A stretch of DNA of 46,850 nt from a virus (lineage: Duplodnaviria; Caudoviricetes). Numbering within the stretch: the first letter of the stretch is position 1; each line of letters opens with the position of its first letter. Location: positions 1 through 46,850 of IMG/VR virus record IMGVR_UViG_3300031643_000002. The stretch is one strand, 5' to 3'. The notes below the pieces were generated by a model. That model was not told where the DNA came from and did not search any database. It was given only the letters and a program-made list of their open reading frames with translations. The position numbers and the translations under genes were made by a program. Positions 1-8,213 of the stretch are shown here, piece by piece.

Positions 1-127
1 GGACCGATGTAACGACCGTCACGTAAAAAGTCAAGACTTATCATACCGCCTAAATACGGAACAACCTCGATCTCTGCCGGTAACCACTGGGCCGGAAATG
101 GATTCGATATCATAATCGGGGCGAATG
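1..127. repeat. Terminal direct repeat (copy 1), circular assembly overlap
   Basis: 1-127 is identical to 46724-46850; 127 is a common assembler k-mer length. Confidence 0.97.
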
Positions 128-365
128 AATATAAACTGTACGCACCAAATATGTGGGGATCCTCCTGCATCGAGTAAAATGAGGATGATAAACCCAACTC
201 TAACGAATCCTCAACCCAACCCACACGAAGAGTAATATCCTCGTTTTGGCCCTCACCTTGAATGAGACCCGGACCTCCATATAACCACGACGTCAAATCA
301 GCATGGGCAGAAACCGACAAAATAGTTAAAATAAACGCTACGAATGCAATCTTTACTGACTTCAT
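1..365 (-). CDS. Outer-membrane beta-barrel protein, 5' part; continues across the circular join into 46723..46603 (161 aa total)
   Basis: ATG at 365 with GGAG RBS; signal peptide MKSVKIAFVAFILTILSVSAHA|D; in frame with the 46603 ORF; amphipathic strands; ends AVFGLQHRF (beta-signal-like terminal Phe). Confidence 0.8.
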   Translation of the reverse strand, partial: MKSVKIAFVAFILTILSVSAHADLTSWLYGGPGLIQGEGQNEDITLRVGWVEDSLELGLSSSFYSMQEDPHIFGAYSLYSFAPIMISNPFPAQWLPAEIEVVPYLGGMISLDFLRDGRYIG

Positions 366-376
366 CTTAGTTCTCC

Positions 377-646
377 TTATAATTGTATATCTTCGTTTAA
401 CTCACCTAATCTTTTGGATAGGGATGTTAGCCGCATTGCAAATTGGTTCAAACCCTCGGCTAATGAACATAACGGCGGTGCTGACGACGCGGAATCAGGA
501 GATTTTTCTTTGGGTTGTGGGTTGACTACTGGTTGCAATCGCTTATCCAACTCGCCAAAACAATGCTCAACTGCAGCAAGTTCTTTCTCTATCAACACCA
601 TAACCTTATCAACTTCCCTTTGCCTTTTTACCGATTGATCGTCCAT
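377..646 (-). CDS. Hypothetical coiled-coil protein
   Basis: 89 aa ORF with AAGGAG RBS. Confidence 0.75.
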   Translation of the reverse strand: MDDQSVKRQREVDKVMVLIEKELAAVEHCFGELDKRLQPVVNPQPKEKSPDSASSAPPLCSLAEGLNQFAMRLTSLSKRLGELNEDIQL

Positions 647-890
647 AATTTTCTCCTTAAATTACATTAGTCCGGGTTTAACATATCGCCTTCCGGAATA
701 TTTATAAGCTCTTGAAGATTCAATCCTGTAAAATCATGCTGTTTTCATGTAGCAATAACACGTCACCAGACAACCTATTATTTGCATCCGGTCTCACTTT
801 CCATAAGTGGTGGATAAAATGATAAAGCACAACACCAGTGCCCTCGATATAATCATTGAACAAACTGTCATATATCCAAAACTTAACTTT

Positions 891-1004
891 TCAGCCTTTC
901 TTGCGGCCTTTGCCTGTAGCTTGATTAGTCTTACAACCGCCACGACCTTTGTTGGCTCTGGTTCCGCGACCACTTCCATCGTGCTTTGGCTGTCCTTTTG
1001 CCAT
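891..1004 (-). CDS. Small basic Gly-rich protein (37 aa, MAKGQPKHDGSGRGTRANKGRGGC...)
   Basis: Manual translation; AAGGAG RBS; below ORF-track cutoff. Confidence 0.7.
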   Translation of the reverse strand: MAKGQPKHDGSGRGTRANKGRGGCKTNQATGKGRKKG

Positions 1005-1019
1005 GTTATCTCCTTAGAT

Positions 1020-1457
1020 TTATGCTGCCCATTCTTTCGGATCCGTCGGATCGAAATAGTGCTTGCAGCAATATTTCACAGATACACCGTCACAATGCCC
1101 GCCTTTATAATGAAAACAAGTTGTGCAATTCTTACTTTTTGTGGCCGGCACTCGATCTTTTATCCTGTTTTTTGACTCTTTTTTTCTCTGAACAGATTTG
1201 ATGTATTTCTCTTGCTGTTCAGATGTTAATGCCTGTCTCTCTTTTTTAGACTTTTTTCGCCTTTTTAGAGCTTTAGGCTTATATTTAGCCTTAAACTGCT
1301 TATTAGTTAAACCTTCTAACAGTTTTAATTGTCTATCAGTTTGTCTCATGACCGTAGGTAATGTATGTTCAAGAGAAAGACAACTTTTAGGGCTAAAAAC
1401 AGGAGTTAATGTTTTTAGTGGCAAAATGCCTATAATCGCAGGTTTTATGCAATTCAA
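1020..1457 (-). CDS. Hypothetical basic protein with C-terminal Cys cluster (start uncertain, possibly MRQTDR)
   Basis: Lys-rich ORF ending CTTC...C...CC. Confidence 0.55.
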   Translation of the reverse strand: MNCIKPAIIGILPLKTLTPVFSPKSCLSLEHTLPTVMRQTDRQLKLLEGLTNKQFKAKYKPKALKRRKKSKKERQALTSEQQEKYIKSVQRKKESKNRIKDRVPATKSKNCTTCFHYKGGHCDGVSVKYCCKHYFDPTDPKEWAA

Positions 1458-1727
1458 TCCGACGTAATCTCATGACCGCAGTATAAAGTAGTGGTAGAGT
1501 CTGAGACAACTATCCAAACGGCTCTGTTTAATGCATAGGCACTGTGTATTATGCATCGCCGCAGCTTTTGTAAAGTAGTGCCCTCCCGCCATAGCATGGA
1601 TAGCAACGTTGGCGGTTTTGGAGTCGTCAAGTTGGCAGACGTGGCTCCCTCAAATTGCACAAGGTTTGCTGTTTGTCTTGATTGCTTACTACTTACCGGA
1701 TTTTCCCTCAGTTTCGGCAATCTATAT

Positions 1728-1766
1728 AAAAAGGTAGCCCGACTCCATCGCTGGATACGAGCTACC
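1728..1766 (-). terminator. Intrinsic terminator/attenuator
   Basis: GGTAGCTCG...CGGGCTACC stem followed by TTTTT. Confidence 0.6.
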
Positions 1767-1929
1767 AACTTAACTTCATATTGACAATCAATCCTTTTAT
1801 TTATCATGTCACCACATTATAAATCACAAAACATGGTGACATAAAGTCTTTTGGCCGTTTTTATGATAATTTTTTTGTGCTATAAACCCTGTATTATCAG
1901 GCATTTATAAAATAGTCTATATTTTTTTG

Positions 1930-1957
1930 TTGACTTTTTCGATTATCCATCTATAAT
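1930..1957 (+). promoter_or_regulatory. Sigma70-type promoter of the plus-strand island
   Basis: TTGACT-16 nt-TATAAT with AT-rich upstream tract. Confidence 0.75.
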
Positions 1958-1963
1958 TAACTT

Positions 1964-2098
1964 AGCATGACGAGAATCAATAACAACTTAATTAGCTCCC
2001 TTATCACCTCAAACGAACAATTCAATTGTGCACATGTCCCCCAGGCATTCGCCGCTCGCACTCGTCATGCTTGGCGTTTGCCGCTGGGGGGCTTTTTT
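1964..2098 (+). promoter_or_regulatory. Attenuator-like leader 1 (A-B-A'-B'-polyU) with 53 aa leader ORF 1967..2128
   Basis: AGCATGACGAG 1964-1974 pairs with 2061-2071; CCCCCAG 2038-2044 pairs with CTGGGGG 2084-2090, then T6. Confidence 0.6.
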
Positions 2099-2114
2099 AC
2101 GAAAGGGCAAGAAA

Positions 2115-2459
2115 ATGAAAACTACTAATCAATTCATCAAACCTTGCAATTATGGGATTGATTGCGAACCTGTTTTTTATGGTAACAGAATAGCAACGCT
2201 CCAGCAAGCCATGAAAGGGATCTGCTCGGTGTATGTTACGGGATCGGGAATATTGACGTTTGACGGATCGTTACCGCAATATCACTCGCAATTGAACGAG
2301 GTTGTACGAGCGGCAAAGTGGGCATCAATTACTCAACCTGTACTTTTGCACACAAAACCGTGCTCCGGAGTGATGTTATGGAATAGTCATGTTGTGGGGC
2401 GGTTGGGTTTAAGTGATATGGGCCTCACATTACAAAGCCGGGGCAAGTTGCCCGCTTAA
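2115..2459 (+). CDS. Hypothetical protein
   Basis: GAAAGGG RBS then ATG 2115, inside ORF 2028..2459. Confidence 0.65.
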   Translation: MKTTNQFIKPCNYGIDCEPVFYGNRIATLQQAMKGICSVYVTGSGILTFDGSLPQYHSQLNEVVRAAKWASITQPVLLHTKPCSGVMLWNSHVVGRLGLSDMGLTLQSRGKLPA

Positions 2460-2497
2460 GCCTGCAAGGCTCTAAAAAAACGGATAGCATATATTGT

Positions 2498-2539
2498 GCT
2501 GCCATCCGGGTAGCGCCGTGGCGGCGGGTAGGGAACTAT
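2498..2539 (+). repeat. 42-bp GC-rich hairpin repeat, copy 1
   Basis: GCTGCCATCCGGGTAGCGCCGTGGCGGCGGGTAGGGAACTAT, identical at 2864-2905. Confidence 0.9.
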
Positions 2540-2577
2540 TTAGAAAAACTTAACAGTTGAATGAAAGGGCAAGAAAA

Positions 2578-2853
2578 ATGGCAGATATAGATATAATTGA
2601 CCTTTATCAGGGCCGTGGCAAAGGTGACCAGCCGTTCGGCTATATCGGGATAATTGATCAGGGTGGGTATTTTTTTGATTGGCTGGACAGCTTGGAAACG
2701 ACACTCGACAGCGTGCAGGCTGATGAGATTGATCCGCCTCATTTTGACTTTCGTGTGGCCGCTATTGATGCGCTCCGTGAGCGTATCGGCGAAGAATTTG
2801 ACAGACTATACGCCGCCGCACACGGCAGATATCCGTTCCATCTTTGCGAATAA
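2578..2853 (+). CDS. Small acidic hypothetical protein
   Basis: GAAAGGG RBS, same leader as the 2115 gene; D/E-rich. Confidence 0.75.
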   Translation: MADIDIIDLYQGRGKGDQPFGYIGIIDQGGYFFDWLDSLETTLDSVQADEIDPPHFDFRVAAIDALRERIGEEFDRLYAAAHGRYPFHLCE

Positions 2854-2863
2854 CATCCTCCCC

Positions 2864-2905
2864 GCTGCCATCCGGGTAGCGCCGTGGCGGCGGGTAGGGA
2901 ACTAT
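2864..2905 (+). repeat. 42-bp GC-rich hairpin repeat, copy 2
   Basis: Identical to 2498-2539. Confidence 0.9.
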
Positions 2906-2923
2906 CCCGAATACGTAGTGGAC

Positions 2924-3067
2924 ATGAATGCACCTGACTATGTAGAATTTGACTGTAATTCTTTTGATATCAAATCGCTTGAAGAAATTTGGGATCAGTC
3001 TGAGATTACAAATGAAGATGTTAATATGGTTCTTGAAGATTTTAATAATATTCAAGCAGGGAACTAA
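2924..3067 (+). CDS. Small acidic peptide or gene remnant
   Basis: 3' part of ORF 2654..3067; weak RBS. Confidence 0.4.
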   Translation: MNAPDYVEFDCNSFDIKSLEEIWDQSEITNEDVNMVLEDFNNIQAGN

Positions 3068-3289
3068 TTATCCGCTTAGACGGCGGGCTGTGAAGCGTAA
3101 ATATGCGATATGAGCCCAATCAGTTTCTGTTATTTTCCTGTTTTTTCGCGGCATTATTTCAATCTCTTCCTGTTCCAGTGAATCCCACGGCTGCGTGACA
3201 TATAGCCGGCCATGATGACTTGTGGCCGGCGGTCCAGAACCGGCCGAACAACCTTTCTGCTCGTACAATATGTCATAAGAATATCTCAT
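3068..3289 (-). CDS. Hypothetical protein
   Basis: Abuts the upstream gene; last gene of the minus-strand run. Confidence 0.4.
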   Translation of the reverse strand: MRYSYDILYEQKGCSAGSGPPATSHHGRLYVTQPWDSLEQEEIEIMPRKNRKITETDWAHIAYLRFTARRLSG

Positions 3290-3290
3290 C

Positions 3291-4100
3291 TTAACGCTGT
3301 TTTTTCGGATACTTCTTAAACTCGACTCGCCATACCCACGGATTGCCTATTACATGCCATACTTTTCCTCGATACTCTCTTTCCTCTTGGACATTTTCCC
3401 ACGGGTAGCTTACATATCCGATGATTTGTTTTTTATCCTTGATGGTCTTGTAAATTGGTTTTGGCTTGGCGTTGATGGAATTCCAAAGCCGCCGAAATCC
3501 AACAATCGCCTTGTTCGGCATAACACCAAGAGAAAGACGTTTAGTCCCAAAACCAACGCTATAAGACATATTTTTCTCACGGCCACCGTATTTCTTGTCA
3601 TATTCTGTGCCGTATTCATACATCCGAATGCCTTCTGCAATTGCATCATCTTCTGTTATTTCCTGCAATTGCTCCGCCCGAACACTTACTACCTCACGCC
3701 ATATACGAGTTGCCCACTTAGGCATGAATATAGATGGTTTCTTTTTAAATTGCCTCATATCCGTAATGTCAAAGTGAGAACCTTCTGTCCATCCTATTGC
3801 TTTATCTGCATCATAAACTATACAATTACTACCCCATGTTGGCCCTTGCCCTTGCCACCATGTCTCTCTCACCCAGAGTAAATCGCCGACTTGATAACGG
3901 GGAGTTACTAATGTCGGGTAAGTTTCTATTGGAAAGGCTAAGTCGTAAAAATTGTAATCATCGGGACCGTAACTCTGGGGCTTATTCCCTATGATATAGT
4001 ATGGCGGAATTTCTTTAATTACCCTTCGAGTAACCGTCTTTCGGCCATCAAGAATAGCTTTGACCATTTCAGCACTAAATAGAATCGGATGTTCTTTCAT
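3291..4100 (-). CDS. ASCH/PUA-like phage protein
   Basis: MKEHPILFSAEMVKAILDGRKTVTRR, GDLLWVRETW, PSIFMPKWATRI, NPWVWRVEF motifs. Confidence 0.8.
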   Translation of the reverse strand: MKEHPILFSAEMVKAILDGRKTVTRRVIKEIPPYYIIGNKPQSYGPDDYNFYDLAFPIETYPTLVTPRYQVGDLLWVRETWWQGQGPTWGSNCIVYDADKAIGWTEGSHFDITDMRQFKKKPSIFMPKWATRIWREVVSVRAEQLQEITEDDAIAEGIRMYEYGTEYDKKYGGREKNMSYSVGFGTKRLSLGVMPNKAIVGFRRLWNSINAKPKPIYKTIKDKKQIIGYVSYPWENVQEEREYRGKVWHVIGNPWVWRVEFKKYPKKQR

Positions 4101-4249
4101 GGTTTTGCATCTCCGCATCTTGAACAAATCCAGTTATTTACAAACTTCCCATTATTGTTCAACTTGAGCCATTTATGGCCTTTGAACCAACAGATAAGCT
4201 TGAATATACCGGGATGATTAAGCCATAGTTTCAAAAGGATTTTTGTCAT
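4097..4249 (-). CDS. Small Zn-binding protein (DUF1660-like, 50 aa)
   Basis: Manual translation ...LICWFKGHKW...CSRCG; GGAG RBS; ATGA overlap with next gene. Confidence 0.65.
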   Translation of the reverse strand: MTKILLKLWLNHPGIFKLICWFKGHKWLKLNNNGKFVNNWICSRCGDAKP

Positions 4250-4253
4250 TCAA

Positions 4254-4294
4254 ATACTCCTTTCTGCTCGACTTCATCGCATTAACTCTTCCAT
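4254..4294 (-). pseudogene. Internally deleted copy of gene 8025..8213 (MEELMR*)
   Basis: Matches both ends of 8025..8213 joined at the 8-bp microhomology AATGCGAT. Confidence 0.7.
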
Positions 4295-4297
4295 CAG

Positions 4298-5017
4298 TCA
4301 CCGCCTTTCAGATTCTCCCTGCGTTTCGAATATACTTCTGTCTGGTTTTGCAAATCCACGGCAAGCCGCGACTGCTTTATTCGATAGACGCAGCAATTCT
4401 TCTATTGGCTTTTGCCTGACAATAGCTGAATGAACATCTTCTATCGACTTCGACATTTCTATTAATTGGTTGTGATAACTTCTACGGAAATTCATTTGCT
4501 GCCACAACATATCAAAAGCCATTGCGTGTATCTCGCTGTCCGGCAAGATATTGAGCTTAGGCATTTTCTTCTCTGTCAGCCCTGCGCCGTAAGGTTCTAA
4601 AAGTCCCCAGAAGTCCGGCAATTCTTCCGGCTTGCAAACACCTTTATCTGCAACCACCCAATGGGCCGTACCAACCGGTTTCATCCTTGCTTTGGCGTGT
4701 GGAGTGTCCTTACCATTAAAGGTATTCAAAAAGTCTTGTCTTGATACCTTAACTTCAAAGACACAAACATACCAACGATCAATGTCTCCGCTTATCTTAT
4801 ATCCCTCACCGGGCCAATGAGACATTGACATTTTTGTTAAATTAGAATGGCTTGTGTATCTTGTGTGTTCCGCATCGAGCATTCCTGCGATAGCTACATA
4901 ATCAGCAACGTACCCGACAAAATTAGATTCCGGCAATCCGCATATCTTAAATGAACGATTACCTATCCATCGAGTAACCATATTTTGTAGCTCGATATGT
5001 CTATCACTTCGTGCCAT
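4298..5017 (-). CDS. MmcB-like PD-(D/E)XK nuclease
   Basis: ADYVAI...FEVKVSRQDF...PEELPDFWGLL. Confidence 0.7.
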   Translation of the reverse strand: MARSDRHIELQNMVTRWIGNRSFKICGLPESNFVGYVADYVAIAGMLDAEHTRYTSHSNLTKMSMSHWPGEGYKISGDIDRWYVCVFEVKVSRQDFLNTFNGKDTPHAKARMKPVGTAHWVVADKGVCKPEELPDFWGLLEPYGAGLTEKKMPKLNILPDSEIHAMAFDMLWQQMNFRRSYHNQLIEMSKSIEDVHSAIVRQKPIEELLRLSNKAVAACRGFAKPDRSIFETQGESERR

Positions 5018-5020
5018 CAG

Positions 5021-5257
5021 TCACCGCCCTTTTCGCATAATCTCAAATGCTTTGTCCAGTCTTTTTCTCCAATGAAAGGTCTCTGGCGTTTTATTAAAAG
5101 CCACCCCCAAACTAAATCCTACGCCGAAACATCTTAACATTATTTTCTCAGTTGCTTCATCGGGTTCGACTAATCCATCGTGAGTTTTTGCCAAATCTAT
5201 TACGTATGGAAGTAAAAAATTGGCTATTTCTATATGTTCGTCTGAAATTATTGCCAT
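5021..5257 (-). CDS. Hypothetical protein
   Basis: Bounded by junction motifs. Confidence 0.7.
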   Translation of the reverse strand: MAIISDEHIEIANFLLPYVIDLAKTHDGLVEPDEATEKIMLRCFGVGFSLGVAFNKTPETFHWRKRLDKAFEIMRKGR

Positions 5258-5467
5258 CAGTCACCTTTCAGGGCTTGGCCTACTATGTCCTTAATGCCTT
5301 CGAGTACATGACGCTTCGCATCGTACAAAATTGAGTCTAATGTCATACCAGAAGCTTTTAGTACCACAGCGGCCTTTTTTAGGTCGGGTTTCGGGAATAC
5401 CTCAAGAGGATAGGCTTGTACCCAATTGTCTATTTTTCGTAAAGCTTCTTCAAGCTTATCGTTCTCG
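5254..5467. repeat. About 214-bp duplication, copy 1
   Basis: Near-identical to 8210-8426. Confidence 0.9.
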
Positions 5468-5703
5468 GCTCGAAGGCTGGTATAATCAATCGTGTTTTTA
5501 ACAATCCTGTCAAACTCTTGTAAAGTTATCTCACCAAGTATATCAGTAGAAAACTTTATCATCCGACTGTTTTCTTCTTTCAGCCTGGCGTTTTCGGCAA
5601 TGATCCCTTCAACTTCCTTTGCTATTAACCGCAAAGATGTCTTCTCAGCTTTGTTTAACTTACTTTCGTTGGCTATGTCCCGTAATGTTATTTCAATTCC
5701 CAT
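5257..5703 (-). CDS. Coiled-coil hypothetical protein; C-terminal half duplicated at 8213
   Basis: ORF 5257..5715, likely ATG 5703; NWVQAYPLEVFPKPDLKKAA. Confidence 0.75.
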   Translation of the reverse strand: MGIEITLRDIANESKLNKAEKTSLRLIAKEVEGIIAENARLKEENSRMIKFSTDILGEITLQEFDRIVKNTIDYTSLRAENDKLEEALRKIDNWVQAYPLEVFPKPDLKKAAVVLKASGMTLDSILYDAKRHVLEGIKDIVGQALKGD

Positions 5704-5704
5704 A

Positions 5705-5938
5705 TCATTCACCACCTTTCAGGGCTTCACCCAACTTGGCTATTTCCTCTTCTTCTTCTCGTAGTACATCCCAAAGATTTTCAGCCAAGAAACTTATCCA
5801 CCATCTTTCAAGTTTGATTTTTACGTCGAGGTTTTTATGATAATCGTGGAATGTCCAAGTAAAATCCCCTTGATGGTTTGTAATAGTTGTATCGTTGACG
5901 TTATTTAACAGTATTGTTCTTTGCTTCTTTGCCATCAT
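5705..5938 (-). CDS. Hypothetical protein
   Basis: Ends ALKGGE in junction motif. Confidence 0.7.
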   Translation of the reverse strand: MMAKKQRTILLNNVNDTTITNHQGDFTWTFHDYHKNLDVKIKLERWWISFLAENLWDVLREEEEEIAKLGEALKGGE

Positions 5939-5948
5939 TCACCGCCTT

Positions 5949-6218
5949 TCAGGGCTTAATAATGAAGTTTTCTGCTAAAAATTCAGGGATAGCTTTGTTA
6001 AGTATTTGTTCAACAACTATGTATTTATCAAGCTTCTCTTTCAGCCTGGCGTTTTCGGCTTCGAGTTCCATGATCTTTGCTCTTAGACTTTCTTCATGCT
6101 CTATAAGTAAATGGATTTCTTCTTTGGTGAAAAAATCTTTTTCTGAATCATGTCTATTTAATTGTTCTTTGTATAATTGTATAACTTCATCTACTTTTAT
6201 TGGTTTAGACTTTTTCAT
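5949..6218 (-). CDS. Coiled-coil hypothetical protein
   Basis: Shares the AENARLKE segment with the 5257 gene. Confidence 0.7.
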   Translation of the reverse strand: MKKSKPIKVDEVIQLYKEQLNRHDSEKDFFTKEEIHLLIEHEESLRAKIMELEAENARLKEKLDKYIVVEQILNKAIPEFLAENFIIKP

Positions 6219-6219
6219 A

Positions 6220-6657
6220 TCAGTCACCGCCTTTCACTTTTTTAATCTCTCGTTTGAATCGTTTATACAGCCCTTTGAAATCTGCCTGTCTGTTGTAATT
6301 TGCAGGCAATAATATTTTTACAGAGTCCGACTTGACGGACAGTAAACCTATCCCGGAGCCGGCCAGATGATCACGGTGTCTGTTGAAGATACGTTCCGCT
6401 CTTTGTGAAGGAAAGGCCACGTACGATAACTGGCAATAACATCTATAGCACTCCGCCTGCTCTTTTGCTATTGTGTATCGGTCCAATTTAAGCTCGACCG
6501 CAGCGAATGTATCTTCAATCACCGAGTAGCCGAGCAAATCAGGTATTCCTCCGGACAATAAAGTTGATTGGCGATGGACGATATAGCCACACTTCTCAAG
6601 CCATTTCCAAACAGGTTGCTCCATCTCGGATTCTCGTCTAAATTCCCTGTTCATCAT
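6220..6657 (-). CDS. PD-(D/E)XK nuclease, MmcB-like
   Basis: IPDLLG...AVELKL...EQAECY...SYVAFP...GIGLL. Confidence 0.65.
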   Translation of the reverse strand: MMNREFRRESEMEQPVWKWLEKCGYIVHRQSTLLSGGIPDLLGYSVIEDTFAAVELKLDRYTIAKEQAECYRCYCQLSYVAFPSQRAERIFNRHRDHLAGSGIGLLSVKSDSVKILLPANYNRQADFKGLYKRFKREIKKVKGGD

Positions 6658-6923
6658 TCACCGCCTTTCGCCCTGATTGTGGATATCTCCTTAAATATTG
6701 ATGGCGTCTTTACGAGAGACCTTTTGTATTGATCTTCAAGGCATCGCTTCTCGAAGTCGCCGAACGTTTCGGGTATGAAGGTTCGCCTTCTTTTCATAAC
6801 GATCTCCTTTTGACATGCCTTGCACCGGGAATCCAAGAACCCCGATTTGGTATACTTGTTACGATACCAGAATTCTTCCGTAAGCTCCTTCGCACGTCCA
6901 CAGACATTACATACTTTAATCAT
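6654..6923 (-). CDS. Zn-finger protein (CxxC...CKAC)
   Basis: KVCNVCG...FWYRN...SRCKAC. Confidence 0.7.
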   Translation of the reverse strand: MIKVCNVCGRAKELTEEFWYRNKYTKSGFLDSRCKACQKEIVMKRRRTFIPETFGDFEKRCLEDQYKRSLVKTPSIFKEISTIRAKGGE

Positions 6924-7227
6924 TATTAGAGACCTTTTTCATGTACGCCCTTGCGACCGCACGGATCATCGCGTGGACCCTATCAATCGGCAGGCGAATA
7001 TCCTTCTTATGCTCGTACTTTGATATATAGCTGGGCTCCCAGCTAAAATCGCAATCCTCTTTGTCGAATATTTCCGCCAGAGTCTTTTGCATTATGCCCA
7101 GTTTTTTTCTGACCTTTTTGAGTTCGGATCCCCTGACTGTACATAGAGTATTTTTGTATAAATAATTACATTCCAGAGGATCGTAAGTTATCGTAAGGTA
7201 AGTTATGCCTCCATGCCGGATTATCAT
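6916..7227 (-). CDS. XRE-type helix-turn-helix protein
   Basis: ELKKVRKKLGIMQKTLAE...SYISKYE. Confidence 0.65.
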   Translation of the reverse strand: MIIRHGGITYLTITYDPLECNYLYKNTLCTVRGSELKKVRKKLGIMQKTLAEIFDKEDCDFSWEPSYISKYEHKKDIRLPIDRVHAMIRAVARAYMKKVSNND

Positions 7228-7229
7228 TA

Positions 7230-7679
7230 TTATTGATGTCCCTGTAACATTTCGGAATATGTCTTGTAGCCGAAGGGTTGAAGTAATGACTTTATCTTCT
7301 CGCGGTACTTTTGAGTAATTGCGGGGAAGTCCATGTCTTTAGTTTTCAGTACTTTGCGGGCTTTCCGCTCCCATTGGGAGACTTGTTCCTCCCCATGTTT
7401 TTCGACCATTTTCTTGCGGAACTTTTTGCTCTTGCCGCCCGGTGCGAAATTACAAAAATAGCATTGGACATGAACTAACTGCTCATCAAAAAGTTTGGCG
7501 TTCTGCCTTCCTGCCATCATGTGCCCGGCGTGTAATGCGCTGATATGAAAATTCTTGCCACAGGTTATACACACCCCTACAAAGGGATAGCCCGTAGCCT
7601 CAATGCAATCTCTTACTCTCACCCACTGGGCAAAAGCATCCCATGCGGTTTTCTTAGTCCCGGTTAGTGCTTTTGGCAT
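7230..7679 (-). CDS. ninG: NinG/Rap-family recombination endonuclease
   Basis: WVRVRD...CITCG...HAGH...FDEQLVHVQCYFCN. Confidence 0.8.
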   Translation of the reverse strand: MPKALTGTKKTAWDAFAQWVRVRDCIEATGYPFVGVCITCGKNFHISALHAGHMMAGRQNAKLFDEQLVHVQCYFCNFAPGGKSKKFRKKMVEKHGEEQVSQWERKARKVLKTKDMDFPAITQKYREKIKSLLQPFGYKTYSEMLQGHQ

Positions 7680-8028
7680 CCTTGCTTAATTTCTCCATTT
7701 GTCTATTGCGCTCATTATTTGTATTTACAGCGACCTCCGGCACGGCCTTCATCGAGATCGTCGCTCCTGCGGGCAGTGAGGGCGTCCATTCCTCCTCTAT
7801 ATCATCCCATCCTTCTTGATTTAACCATGTGACGGCGTCTCTTGGCGTGCCCTCTGACTTTTTAATCTTCTTAACGATTCTCAAACATTTGGCGCGAATT
7901 TCCTTCGGCAGTTTCTGCCACACTTTGAAAGCCGGGCACTTTTTCCTCTTTACATATACGCTCAGATTCTGATTCCAGCGTGGGGGGTATTGGCGCCAAA
8001 ATGTCTCGAATTCTTCCGTGTATGTCAT
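7654..8028 (-). CDS. Replisome-organiser C-terminal-domain-like protein
   Basis: FETFWRQYPPR...AFKVWQKL...TWLNQEGWDD. Confidence 0.6.
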   Translation of the reverse strand: MTYTEEFETFWRQYPPRWNQNLSVYVKRKKCPAFKVWQKLPKEIRAKCLRIVKKIKKSEGTPRDAVTWLNQEGWDDIEEEWTPSLPAGATISMKAVPEVAVNTNNERNRQMEKLSKDAKSTNRD

Positions 8029-8213
8029 TTCGGATACTCCTGCCTCTGTGCCTCGACTTCATCGCATTGGCCAACTATATCAACTACTAAAGGCCACCAG
8101 TCGAAAGCCTCCGCAGACAATTCAACTTCACCCTTTCTCGCTGTGCATGAAAAAGTCTCAAGCTGGTTGCCATGAAATTCAAACTTCCAACCTAATCGCA
8201 TTAACTCTTCCAT
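8025..8213 (-). CDS. Hypothetical protein
   Basis: TGATG overlap with upstream gene. Confidence 0.65.
   Translation of the reverse strand: MEELMRLGWKFEFHGNQLETFSCTARKGEVELSAEAFDWWPLVVDIVGQCDEVEAQRQEYPK

Noticed and set aside
1-127. Biological direct terminal repeat
   Set aside because: The length matches a typical assembly k-mer and it falls inside a gene; better explained as circular overlap
1680-1722. Hammerhead ribozyme (GAAAC...GTA)
   Set aside because: No CTGANGA core positioned to complete stems I and II
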